From positions 1 through 64,000 of the forward strand of contig JALAGF010003564.1 of assembly GCA_030167865.1 (NCBI GenBank): a DNA stretch of 64,000 nucleotides, given 5' to 3'. The position numbers and the translations under genes are program-made. Shown in pieces: positions 1 through 12,237 of this stretch. The stretch's first letter is position 1, and the number at the start of each line of letters is the position of its first letter. Source of the stretch: Craspedostauros australis (Eukaryota). The notes beneath the pieces are model-generated. The model worked only from the letters and a program-made list of their open reading frames with translations. It had not been told where the DNA came from and did not search any database.

Positions 1-51
1 GCTTCTTCCCTCAAGGATACTTCTCCCTCGCTCAACTACATCATACCATAC

Positions 52-2272
52 CTACTTCCCATGTCCGAACATTGTACGACTGTAAGACACCAGCCGATCC
101 TCTTCCGCATTCGCATCCACGGCGTACCCGATGCAGTGGCTGCCACGGTGCTCATGATACTCCACCGCGGTGCAACCGTTGGCGCGCAGCTGATCAGCCA
201 ATTCTTTGCCTTCGTCATGCAACGGATCGGCGGTGTTGGTGGAAACGAAGATGGGAAGATCTTTCAATGCTGCAAACGGAACACCGCCCTCCCTCAACGG
301 ATCACACAGGCGACGCAGGGTCTTGTTGTGGTAGATTGGAGATTCCTTCCACGCCTTCATCGCGGAGTCCATGCCGAAGCTTCCGTCTTCCTCTTCCTTG
401 CCGGTGTTTGGTAGCTGCAAGTATGCCTTCCACGACCATCGCAGGAAGCCGACGGGGCAGGAACGGCAGGAGATGCGGTTCATGTGGTAGCTCAGGGTGT
501 TGGTGGTGGGCGACAGCATTGGGACGCAGCCGTTGAGACTGTCATGCCGATAGCGTTGTATCGGATTGTCGCAGGTGGATAGAAGATGGAGAAGGAGAGA
601 GAGAGAGATGGAGAGAGTGTGTGTATGTGTGGGTGGAAGCACGTGAAATCGAGCGGCGTGGTTTGGATGGACGAGTTAGAGATGACCATGAAGTGTTTGT
701 ACAGAGCGAAGTGAAGTGAAGTAGAGCAGAGTAGAGTATGTAGAACACTCAAGCATATCACTGCACACAGAACACAACTTCCCACAACATCCGGCAATTC
801 AACTGGATTCAACCCCGAAGCACTCTCTGGTAGATTCATTCGTTCGTACCTTGTGATGCGCTTGGCACACGCCTTGGCAGCTTCCGCCTCGCACTGCATG
901 AGCGCCATGGTGCAAGTCATTGCGATGTAGGCACCAGCGCTGAGTCCATAGACATGGAGTGGTGTGTTTGGATTCTTGGTCAAGAGCTCCTTCCTCACGG
1001 CATCGATGGCAGAGAGTCCATCGATGTAGGGGGTTGGAAAGACGTGTTCAGGTGCCCGACGGTAGTCCACCGAGAGAGTCACGATAGGACGCAGTTTCCT
1101 GCACGATTCGATAGGTGGGTGGATGGATATATGGATATATGAATTGGTGGAGAGAGATAGGCATGTAGAGTATGGTAATGTGTGAGTTTGAAGAAAGATC
1201 GGAGAATCACACAAGCATCCTACGAGTTACGTGTGATACCAGCAGTACGACCGCAACAGCATTCATATTCCTCCAACCAATCAGACAGAACAGACCACCG
1301 CACAGGGACTTACCTTTCACCATCCGCGAACTCTTCCTCGAGTTGCTTCTGTTGGTGCTGATGCATGATCCTGGCATCCTTGGGCACCAGGGGACAGAGC
1401 TCATTTCCCAGGACCAGCCCGCCTCCATGGAAGTACAGCCAGAAGGGGGTGTGGTCAGCATCGTCCAAACCAGATTGAAGATACTCGATCATGTCGCTAG
1501 TTTCCACAATCACAGCACCCTTGACAGGAGCGCCTTCACTGTTCGCAGACTTGTATTCTTCCGCAATCTTGTCCTGAACCTTGGGAGTGAAGGTGAAGAG
1601 CGGGCAACGAATCAGCACCTTCAAGTGGCTCTGAGGCTGCAAGTTCGGCGTGCCGGGAAGATCTTCTTCATCCTTGGCCGAGATGATGTTCCATTCGCGC
1701 AGGATGGAGTGCTGGATGGGGACCTTCCAGGCAGCTTCGACGACGCCCGGGACATCGTCTCGCACGGAGACAACCTTGGACCATACTTGCAAGTTGGGTC
1801 CCTCTTGCGTCTGCTCGGCCTTGACGAGCGAAGCACGCAGGATGCTCATAGCCTTCTGGGAGTCCTCAGAGGTCTTCTTCTCGGATTCGTCGTCGTCTTC
1901 GTCGTCGGACGACGCGACGTGGTGGATCTGGCGAGGTGAGGCCGGCATGATGGCAAAGAGATCCATGATCAAGTAGGGGAAGAGAAAACAGAGAATGATG
2001 TCGACGATGCCCATGTGCGGGTGCCACCACAGGGAGTAGGGCTTGGGGAACTCCTGCTGCTTGCCGGAATCGCCGCTTGATGCAATGTTCAAGTCGGGGA
2101 TGCTGTCCTGGTCGGAATGGCTATCTCCCCCGGTCTCCGTCTCACTCTCCGATGTGGTCCTCGAGGTGTCATCGTCAGCATCGCCCTTGGTTGTGTCCAT
2201 TCTGTTGTCCTCCACGATGACAGAACCATCGTCATTCACGAGGCCTTGGGCAAGTTCGGAAGATTTCGCCAT
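52..2272 (-). CDS. Alpha/beta-hydrolase, hormone-sensitive-lipase (HSL/Abhydrolase_3) family esterase/lipase; 3 exons (2272-1314, 1098-850, 538-52), ~564 aa
   Basis: Oxyanion motif WLYFHGGG, SVDYRRAPEH..FP, nucleophile elbow GLSAG, acid motif DPLHDEG and catalytic His region (RGSH) are spread over three ORF-track frames. They join in frame through GTAAGT(1313)..CAG(1099) and GTACGA(849)..CAG(539) introns. An N-terminal hydrophobic segment (IILCFLFPYLIMDLFAI) is present. Confidence 0.88.
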
Positions 2273-3699
2273 CTTCTCTCGTTGTGTTGTGATGGGTTGT
2301 GTTATGTGTGTTGCTTGTGTTGCTTGTGTTGCTTTTGGTTTGGGTTAGATTCATTTTATGAGTGAGAGATGTTGTCGCATTCTGGTTTTTGTTGGAACGC
2401 TGTTGTTTGTTGATGCCGCCAGCACAGGCACTGATGCTACTATTGTCATTGCTCTCTCCCGTTGTGTGATCCATTCGCACTCTCGAAGTCAGAGGCGGCC
2501 ACAGAACACGAGATTTCGCGTGGCGTGCCACCAATGCTCGTGAGACAGATTGTTCGGTTCGCACGTACTACGATGCTACTATGATGATGGATACCGTGTG
2601 ACCCATGTGTCAGCTATACCCCCTGGTGCCTTTCGCGCTGGAGTTCATGGGAGGCGCGTGGGCACCAACACCTTTCCCTTTTGTCCTGATCCCAAAAGCA
2701 AGCAAAGTTCCCAAAACCGATGATGCCACTTTCGTCGGTTTCTTTGTCCCACCGCAGAAGGAGCAACAATTGACACTTGGAAGCCGCTACTGAACAGGTA
2801 CATCAATGAGTCGACGTAGTGGCGGTGTCATAAGCGCGGCAAGCGCCCATAAGTATTGAAAGCGACTTGAAGGTGGGCGTAGAAACAAATCCAATGCGAA
2901 GTTTGTGAGCGGCGGCGATCCGCTTCCTCGTGGCGCTTCTATCGAGTATTGCCAAAGAACACCGCGGACACATCCCATTTCCGAATCTTGCGCACTGTAC
3001 AGTTCGAACATAAAAAGTGGCGAATCAGTCCATGATCCATTGATGAATCTCCAAGCAACTTTGTGTCGCATCGTTTTTCGTTGATGGTGACATTTGTTGC
3101 ACACGAACCGCAATGTTCCTCTTCCGTTGAAGGCTTTGACGGATGAATGCAGCTGTTTTGTGGGACCTGAGCGCGCTGTTGTTCTCTTGGAACGCTGATG
3201 GACGCCTTGGAGCAGACTAACTCCACACGCTACCATACTCTACGTAGTCTCTGCACATCTTTGATGCCTTGCGGAACCAAAGGATAACAACATCTTGAAC
3301 ATGGTGAACTGGCGTATTTTGCAGTCAGGCCCATAATGAACTTCCTGTTATGGGCACTTGATCTTTGATCTTGGTGGAAGTCGTAGCAAGATTGATCGAA
3401 GGCTTTTTGCAAGTATGTGCTCGTTCGTCGAAGGATGACCTCGACGTGTTTCACGAAGTCGGTCTGAGCAAGTCGATCCTTGTGATCGTGGCTCTGCCGA
3501 TCCATGTGCGAGAATGCCGTTTTCACACGGACTGCATCGTCTTTTTGCATCAAGGCTCAGAAATGGGGTTGCTGTTCTTCTCCGCTACTCTCTGTCCTCA
3601 TCGACAGCGCCGACGTCTTTTCCATTTCCGAAGGAATTCCAACCCAGAAACACAATGCGACATCGTGCTTTTTCCAGTCTTCCGTCACCCATCACGGCA

Positions 3700-4644
3700 C
3701 TATACCTCTTCCTCCTCCTCCTGCCGCACCGAAGCCGCCGCCTGCTGAATGGCCGTCACCCATCCCGCGATGCCTGGATTTGCCTGGGGGTAGAAGATAC
3801 GATCCTCGGCCCATCCATACTCGCGACAAGCGTTGGCGCTGGTCTCACCAATGCATGCTGCCATCACTCGTTCGTTGGCATCTTGCGTATTGCGCAACCA
3901 CCCTTCGACCGCCGACGGACTGCCAAAACAGGCAATCTGCACGGCATCCGACTGCTCCTTGTGCAGCTGCGACCACGACGCCGCGACGGTATCGTACGTA
4001 TCCAACCGAGTGACGGCGACACCGCGCTGCTGCAAATCCTTCTGTAGCGTCGGTTTCGCTTTGGCTGATGCGGGATACAGCAGGGTGGTCGCATCCGGAG
4101 CCACGTCCAATTCTGCCGCCAACGTCTTCGCCGTCGCTTTGGAGGGGCAGAAGTCGACGGGGATCCCCAAATCCAGCACCTGTTGCTGCGTCGCCTTGCC
4201 CACAACGGCGACTCGTGGGCGATGCGCGTCAGCAGGGAGGCACTGCCATGCGGGAGCAAAGACCTTGGCGGCCTCCGGCGATGTGATGGCGACGTAATCC
4301 CACGATTGCGACTGCAGCGTCGAAGCGAGGGCTTCCAGATCCGGACCCACACCGTGTTCGATGCACGGAATCTCGATGAGCGAGATGAGATCGTCGTCGG
4401 CGAAGGCTGTCTCCAATTCTTTGCGCAGCTTGGTGTTCTTCCCGTCCTCGCGCGTCAACGCGATCTGGAGATGCTGCTGCTTGGCATTGGATAGCGTCGC
4501 TTCTGTTGCATCCATGGATTCTGCGAGCAGCGGCGATGACTGCACGCGGCGGCGCACGGCATGATTGCGAGAAAGGAAGGCATGCGTGGGAACGATCATG
4601 CAGACTAGTATAGCCACGAGAGCGGTCTGCCACGCATGTTGCAT
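3700..4644 (-). CDS. hemD: Uroporphyrinogen-III synthase, plastid-targeted
   Basis: HemD motifs IALTRE, ITSPEAA, VAVVGKAT, F.PSKATAKTLA, LLYPASAKA, RLDTYDT, FGSPSAV, ACIGETSA. Signal peptide MQHAWQTALVAILVCMIVPTHA|FL is ASAFAP-like and followed by an Arg/Ser transit peptide. Start placed at ATG 4644. Confidence 0.93.
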   Translation of the reverse strand: MQHAWQTALVAILVCMIVPTHAFLSRNHAVRRRVQSSPLLAESMDATEATLSNAKQQHLQIALTREDGKNTKLRKELETAFADDDLISLIEIPCIEHGVGPDLEALASTLQSQSWDYVAITSPEAAKVFAPAWQCLPADAHRPRVAVVGKATQQQVLDLGIPVDFCPSKATAKTLAAELDVAPDATTLLYPASAKAKPTLQKDLQQRGVAVTRLDTYDTVAASWSQLHKEQSDAVQIACFGSPSAVEGWLRNTQDANERVMAACIGETSANACREYGWAEDRIFYPQANPGIAGWVTAIQQAAASVRQEEEEEV

Positions 4645-4682
4645 TCTGTTGCTTCGATCGGTTCGTGTCATCTTGCCGCGGT

Positions 4683-4710
4683 GATGCGTTGATGCGTTGA
4701 TGCGTTGATG
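4683..4710. repeat. 8-bp tandem repeat (GATGCGTT)x3.5, reading CAACGCAT on the hemD sense strand
   Basis: Read directly at 4683-4710, ~40 nt upstream of the hemD ATG. Confidence 0.85.
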
Positions 4711-5076
4711 CCGTCGTTGATGAGATGGATCGTCACAAAGATACCCCGTGCGCCATGGTCATCTGTTTCCACCACACGGACACCGGTCCTCTTCGTGCCG
4801 CACGCCTTCTTTGGTGTTGGTGGTTGTTCCTCTTCTGACGACAAAGATTCAGAAACTTCAACTTCGTGCATCCAGAATACTCCCAAGGAGGTATCAACAG
4901 CATGCCAATATGGTCCGTTGAGTCATACACGATTAGAATTCTGTCCACAAATTCGCCAGCATCCTCGCCACAAAAGCATGCGTTGCTTGTTCTATTTACG
5001 TTCGTCCATCACAATCGTTGGCACTACATTTACATACGACACCGCAAGACCATGCTCGCTCTTCTGCTGCCAAACT

Positions 5077-8000
5077 CTATGCCAACCTCCCACTACCCGA
5101 CAGATCTTCGCTGGCGCTGCGGCTTTCTTCCGACACCGGTCTCAACCTTTGAGGTGATGGTTGCCACGTCACTTCCTCATTGCGCGATGGCGATGCGGGC
5201 GCCTCGTCAATGTCGTCGCCTTCATCGGAGGACCAGTTGCGCTGCATGTCAGTGAGGCTCTCGATTTCATCATCTTCCAGCGATTCATCTTCGAATCCTT
5301 TCTTCGTGCTGCTGACAGGCGATGCCTCCATGCTGAGAATCTCATCTTGGAAGACTTCTTTTGCAGCGGGTTTGGTGTCGAGATCTTCAGATTCCATGGT
5401 TTGAGACGACGTCGGCGGGGACGGATCGCCTCGGCTCTGTTGAATGAATGATTCGGAGCTGTCCTGTCGCAGGAATGCGCGGCCCTCCTCATCGTCATCC
5501 GACATCATGTAATCCACACCTTCGTAAATCACCTTCTTGGACAACTGGATGTCGGTCGCGGTATCCACGCTATCCGATCGCTTGCGTCCGACGCTCATGT
5601 CGCCGCTGCTGCCACGCTGCATGGCAAACTTCTGGCTCGGGAATAAGGTCGATCCGGAATCGCTGTAGTACTCCGCGCCCGAGAGGGAAGCGGATGACGT
5701 CGTCGTACCGTCCTCGAAGATATACGTCCCGCTCTTGCGCGCGGCTCTCTTGTTGCGGAACTTCGCCTTGTTGGAAGCTGTGCCTGCCAAGGGCATTATC
5801 ATTTCACCGCCGGAATCGATGGTGGAATCGGCGCTGCGCAACGAAGTCTTTGACGGTGTGAGTTCGGCCGAAGACTGCATGGAGCTGCCGGGTGTGCTCG
5901 TGCGCAGAGGAGAGCCGGTGTAGGACCGCTGCGGTGAGGCAACGCGTGGGCCTGGGACATACTCGTAGCCGTCGTCGTTGTAATCGTCATTGTCGTAGTT
6001 GTCGTTGTCATCGCTGGAGTGTGCGTTGTCGTCACGGTCGTGGTCGTCGTCATCGTCGTCATCGCCGCCAAAGCTGCCCTTCAAGAGTTCGCTGTGGCTG
6101 CTGCTGCTCATGCTGCTGTCCATGCTGTTGCCGATACTGCTGATGATGCTGTGATAGCCGTCGCCGCCAACGTTCCAGTTCTCCCTGTCGTATTCATCGT
6201 CGACGTTTCGCCGTTCGTCTTCGTACTCACCCGGAGCCAATGGTACCGTGGCCTGCACCACATCCGTTGTTTCCTTGCGAAGGATCTCGGACGGTGCCTG
6301 TCGTTGACGTCGCACTGGTCTCGGGAGTGCGCCACTGGCGGCAGCACCAGTCGTAGCAGCAGAAGGTGGGATGGCCGTTGTTGATGTCGATGTTGCTGCT
6401 GCTGCGGTCGTTTGGGATGGTCTGTTCCGATTCCGTTGTGGGCGATTCTGCCACGGCACTCCCGTATCCACGCCACCGCCACCACCACCACCACTACTGA
6501 CAGCCATAGGATTGTACATCGCCTGATTCGACGGACTGTTGCCGCTGTCCTCGGACGCCGGATCCGAATATCTGCTTGGATCAGAATCGTCGTGTTGCGA
6601 TTGATGCTGCGAATCTGCGCCACCGAAATCTGATCGCCGTTCGACAGTATTCAGTTGGCGCAAGAAGACAGTCACCGCACAGATGCTGCCCAACAGCACC
6701 AATCCGCCGATGGATACGAATATAATGAAGATGATGGAACCAACACCAAAATCGTCGGACCCGGTCGATGATATCTCACGATCGATCGAGGGAGGATTTG
6801 CTACGCTCGTCGGTTCTGCGGTAGATGGCACGAGAGTTGGCGCTTGAGTACCGGCAAGCACATCGCCGATGACAACGTTTGAGTCTGGAAACAACGATTG
6901 GAACAGCGACGCCAAGTCGCCATTTTCAATTGCAGCGATCAACGCGGAACGAAATCTGCTGACGATATCATCGCTGGCATTCTGCAAGGTGACACCTGCC
7001 GTGATTGATCGACATGTCTGCGTAGCAGTTGGGACTGCGCATGCTTCATTCTCTGCATCTTCAATGGTGGTTGGAATGACAACTTCTGGGACAGGCTCTG
7101 TTGTTTGCTGTATTCGTCGTTTGCGCACCGAACGCGCATCATCATCGCCGTCGTTCAAGAGCGTCGGCGTGGATCGTTCCTGCTGCATCTGTTGTACAAG
7201 TATGTCGTGAGTTGCATCACTCTCCACCGATGTTTGATGCCCTCCCCATACCAGATCCCGATGTTGTATATGTTCTTCTTTCTTCCGCCTCGTTCTGACC
7301 CGTCCACCGTCCTCGCTATCGAGTGGTGGGTTTATGATAATTCGAGGCCGCGGATGCTGATGATGCACGGAATGATGATGCTTCGCCGTTCTCGACTGCA
7401 CAGCGACCTCCTGTCGCGATTCATTGAGAACCTCTTGTAGAATGGAAGCTGCCAAAACATCCATCGCCTCGATGAGCTCCGGGAAATACTCCTCTTCGCC
7501 AGGTGCCTCACCGTTCGGTTGGTTGCGCAAGCCAATCGGGTAGGTGACCGTCACCAACGCCGTCGGTACAGTTGGTGTCTGACTGGGTGTTTGGCTTGGC
7601 ATGTCACTTCCCAGTTCACTCGGTACTTCGCTTGGCACCTTACTCGGCACTTTGCTGGGCATATTGGATGGTGTAGTTGGCTGAAGTGTAATGGAGGGCG
7701 GAATGGATGGCATGAGCGATGGAGAATCCGACTGCAACCCAAGCATTGGGGGAAAACTTGGAAATAGCGATGGTGATTCAGAAGGAAGTTGGTTGTCTTG
7801 AGCTATTGTCGGAGATATGGAAGAGACAATGGATGGTTGTAGCGTTGGAGCAGCCGTCGGATTGCGCGTTGGGCTACGCGTTGGCGGCTTCGTTGGTCGA
7901 CTTGTCAGTCGATGTGTCGGTCGATCTGTCGGTCGATTCGTCGGTCGACTTGTGGGTTGCTTCGTTGGTCTAGCAGTGGGTGAATCTGTGATCAACGATA

Positions 8001-8415
8001 CAGATGGCTTCGCTGTTGGTTCAGTGGTTCGTATGCGCGTGGGCACCGCGCTGGGTGCCGTGGCCGGCACTTCCGTCAATGGAACAACGGGACACTCCAG
8101 CTCCAGCACTCTGTCCAACAAATTGCAAAAGGAGACAAAGATGACATTCAAGTCTTCCTCCGTCTCGGTCTTGCCAATGTCGACCGTCTCGCAGCACGTT
8201 TCTTCGACCAGCGTGCTGCATCCATCGGGGCATGCGTAGACGTTGAACAAGGAACCCAGCAAGGTTCCGCCGAATTCACAATCGTCACGGTTGGCATAGA
8301 TTTCGACGGCAACGGGATACTCCGTAAAATGCAGGAGCAAATCGTTGTTGATGTCGGCTTGCCGGAACGAATCCACGCATCGCGGTGGTGGCGATAAGGA
8401 TGTCGATGACACCAT

Positions 8416-8450
<35 letters not shown>

Positions 8451-8601
8451 CGAATTGATTGACCTGAATCAGTGTATCCGAGCTTGTGCTCACTGTCGAG
8501 GAGGAGAGCTCGTTCAATCGAGCAATAAATTCGGCTTTCGTGAGCATCTCGTTGGCCAACGATGTTTGAAGAAGACATGGCAGTATCCAGACCATTCTCA
8601 T
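5077..8601 (-). CDS. Large type I single-pass membrane protein with a Cys-rich N-terminal domain, Pro/Thr/Ser mucin-like repeats and a long acidic/Ser-rich cytoplasmic tail (~1174 aa)
   Basis: Signal-peptide-like MRMVWILPCLLQTSLA from ATG 8601, Cys-rich segment, PTxxP / PSxxP repeats, one TM helix (IIFIIFVSIGGLVLLGSICAVTVFL), then ~520 aa of low-complexity tail. The open frame is uninterrupted; small in-frame introns cannot be excluded. Confidence 0.8.
8417..8449. repeat. (GAT)11 microsatellite encoding poly-Ser on the minus strand
   Basis: Read directly in the sequence. Confidence 0.9.
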
Positions 8602-9934
8602 CACAACGTTGGTTAGATTCCATCGTATTCTGAATGCGTTGTGTGTTGCGGATTGTTGCCGATCGGGCAGACGGTGAGGATGGTGCCATGAGCAGATGTC
8701 ATGCAGTTGCCCTTCCTGTCTGCAGCTCGCGATGGATCTTAATCTCTTGCGCTTCTTGGCCGTCCTCTCATTGATCAGCATGCTCGCGAGGAATCTCGCA
8801 CTCCCATCACCTTCTCTGCTGCAAACGCCGACCATCGCAGTGTTCAGGCTCGTCGCCATCTCTGCTTCAGTTGCACCGGTGGAATGCGTGGCACCTGGGC
8901 AGAGACTGACGGTCGGCAGCAGAGAGCGTGACGCCTCACAGGATCACCAAGTTGAGCATCAATCAGTCGATGGATGGCTTGATGCGTCGTAGTGCGGGTG
9001 ACACAGGTGCTCGTTTGGAGGAGATCGATGGTATGGGTCGAGGATGGCTGTGGTGGTGCTTCCTTGGAATGCTCGCAAGCAGAAGTGGGTTGAGTGGAGT
9101 CGTTGCCCTCAAACGAGAAATTGAGCGTTGAGCTTCACACCAACAGCGATAGTAGCAGTCGCTTAGATGCTGTTCATTCCACCCAGACTTTCTCCTGCCC
9201 TTGCTCTCTTGCCATCGTTGTTGCCATTGTTGTTGCTATTGCTATTGCACGATGCGTGACACATGTGGTCCTGCCTCCAAGAGGGGATTGATCTCATTCT
9301 TTTGTCGGCGGTGGAGATCATTCCGTTCGTGAGTGGCCGAAATCACGACCCATCAAGTCACCGAAAAATTTACCAAGAGACGTTATGTGGCGGTAATGAA
9401 CGGAAGTTGTTGTATGTGCAACACCTCACGCCTCACATTTTTGTCATCCGGCGCATTGTTCGCGGGTTCAACCTCGACAAAGAGACCGTGTGGCCAATCA
9501 TGGAAGTCTTTTCGCAGAAGGCATCGGAGCCACTGGTGTTAATGCTGCGGTCATCCTTCTCCCGAAGTGGAGTGGAGCCGAGCGTCATCCCTGTTCAATC
9601 TTCCAGGCCTCACATTCTTTTAATCGATCATGTAGCACAAATTCATGTAGTTTACTACATCCCTGTTTTACGAATGGTGGATCCCTCCCTTTCTCTCTTT
9701 GTGATCGAGTCAAGTATGGTATGGTGTGGTGGAGCTGCGCTCTTGCTGTCTCTCTATCTCTCTGTGTGTCTCCCCGAAACAATCACTTTTGACCTCGGAA
9801 ATGAATGCTACTATACACCTTGCTTCAAGCGCGCCAACTCTGTCACTCTGCCCATCAGTCTCCCTAAATCAATCGTTGTCAACGCGTATAATACCACACC
9901 GCGTCGAGTGTCTTCTGCCAAATTATGTCACATT

Positions 9935-12034
9935 TCACTCCCCAAGATCGCACTGATCGATCGCGATAGCATCACATGATTGACAGCAAGTACAGTCCAT
10001 TCCGCTGCTGCAATCGGCTTGGATTAGGATGTCGACAGTGGCATTCTTCCTCATCATACTGGTGGTTGCGGGTTGGCAGAAGGCATCAGTGAGGTTGCCC
10101 ACGAGTTCTTCGTTGTTGTGCAACCAGAGTTGCTCTGTTGCATGACACGAATTGAGTCGAGGAAAGTAGAGTATGCAGAAATGCATGGTCGAGGACGCCC
10201 GGTTAGCAATTGCATCGGTCAATCTCAAGTCAAGACAGCAGCAGCAGCAACAACAACAACAGCAGCAACAGCAACCTCATGCGAAAACACCGCACAGACC
10301 ACGCAGTGACAGTTGTCCGTCGAACAATATCGTGCTGGTTTTGCAATGAACTCACCGAGATTGGGCATTTGATCACCGCTGAATTCTGCAGGCAGGATAC
10401 CTTCCAGATCGTTGTTGTTCACCCGCAGCGATTGCAATTGCACCATCGATGACATTTCCTCTGGTAAATTGCCTCGGAATTCGTTACATGACAAGTCCAA
10501 TGACACCAGTTGCTGCAACCAACCAATTTCAGTTGGGAGAATTCCTGCCCACCCGCCACGCGACATGTTCAGCGCCTCGAGGGCGTTGTAGTCGCCGATG
10601 GATGGCGGAATTTGGGTGGTGCCTGCCACCTGATTGCCACCGATGTTGAGTTCCACCAATGTCGTGGGCAACAAACTGCCATCGAACAACGTGGTGCCAT
10701 CCAGGTTGAAGTCGTTGTCTTGAATGTACAGATTCTTGATGGTGGGCTGAGAGTAGATGGTGAAGGACGGCAACGTGCCTGTCATGTCATTGTTCGATAC
10801 ATCCAACCAAGCCAGCTTTGGGAGGTTGACGACCAACGATAGCAATCCTCGGTGCAGCAGGTTACTCCCAACGTTGAGCATCCTCAAACTTTCCAAGTGC
10901 CGGAATGTGACTGGGATGTTTCCCGTCAAATGGTTGTCATTCAAACTCATGGTTTGAAGAAGCGTATTGGTTTTTCCAAAGTTGGGAATGCTGCCATCGA
11001 GGCCATTGGATCCCAGGTCGAGGTAGAGCAGTGCTGGCAAGTCAATGAGTTCGTCAGGGATTGTACCAACGAGGTTATTGTTGGGAAGTCTGAAGCTGTT
11101 CAACTCGGTCAGAATGCGGATATCGGTCGGGATTGTTCCATCCAGATTGTTGCCACCTGATGTCGACAGAAGTGTGGATAAGGATACGAGACCGAATGCA
11201 AAGAGCGAATGTTTTTTGTGTGGAGTAGATTCACGGAATAAGTAGATTTGCGACGGAACGGGTGTGAGTGGAGATACAAGTGCTTCGTTCCCAACACTTT
11301 TAATGGAGCGCTGCAGAAACCCAGGGTACAGTACAGTACCTGTCATGCACAAAATTGAATTCAAGGACGTACCCAATATAATCCTGGAGATTCTATCGTC
11401 TCCGCTGCAGTAGATACCAAGGGCACCGCGGATCCTGCCATTGTTCCAATCGCACACGGTGGTGTTGCTCAGGAAGGCCAGAGTGTCGGACCAGCTATCA
11501 CCGCCGGTGGCAAAGTACAACAGCGCAGCCACATATCGCTCGCCAAGCGATGTGATTGACGCTGCGTCTGGATCGACCCCAGCATCATCCTCGTCGGCCA
11601 ACCACTCGATCGTTCTGTACTGCGCCGTCGTGTGGTCCAGCATGCCGATGGCGCTGTCTGGGTACGCTTGAATGAGCGCCGTCTGAACTTTACGAAATCG
11701 CCCCGACGTTGGAGCTGGCGTTGGGGCTGGTGTTCGTGCCACACCTGGTGCGATGGTTCCAATTAGAGTGGGAGATGTATCGACACTGGCCGACGTCGTC
11801 GCGCGATTCTCCTGCACCATGAGCACGATTCCAAGGACGACTGCCGCAGCGCTCATGATGAAGAAGAAGCATGCGGCACACGTCATCCACCGTCTTCTAT
11901 CCCAGCCGTTGCTTTTGTGGTCGTGTTTGTCATGTCCGTTGTGATCTTGGCGTTGAACGGGCGCAGCCGTCAATGGAGTGTTCGGGATCAAGTGAGTGTC
12001 GACGGATTCAGAACCGGCGTCGGATGTGACAGGT

Positions 12035-12066
<32 letters not shown>

Positions 12067-12237
12067 GGTGTCAGCGAAGGTGACAGTCGGAGTCACCAGA
12101 CTTTCCTCGTCGTCGTTGACAGCACAGTTGCGGTGGTGCGCCGTGTCATCATCTGAACAATCGTCCATCGTGTTTGCCACAGCTATCTCGGCATCCATCG
12201 ATGGATTATTGGGCGGTGTTGATGTTGAGGTCTCCAT
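9935..12237 (-). CDS. Membrane-anchored leucine-rich-repeat (plant-type LRR) protein of the expanded diatom family; 3 exons (12237-11373, 11156-10356, 10134-9935), ~621 aa
   Basis: N-terminal TM (CAACFFFIMSAAAVVLGIVLMV), PAPT linker, cap ERYVAALLYFATGG..W...VCDW, repeated LxxLxLxxNxLxGxIP units and Cys-rich end ADC...CTCCQSC. Introns GTACGT(11372)..CAG(11157) and GTGAGT(10355)..CAG(10135) keep the frame. Confidence 0.9.

Noticed and set aside
7560-7990. 12-bp-period repeats resembling an array or CRISPR
   Set aside because: They are degenerate codon repeats for PTxx/PSxx in the mucin-like protein; there is no constant repeat with unique spacers and no cas genes.
9263-9979. 238-aa plus-strand ORF between the mucin-like and LRR genes
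   Set aside because: No motifs, runs through CT-rich simple sequence, overlaps the LRR 3' end and lacks coding codon bias.
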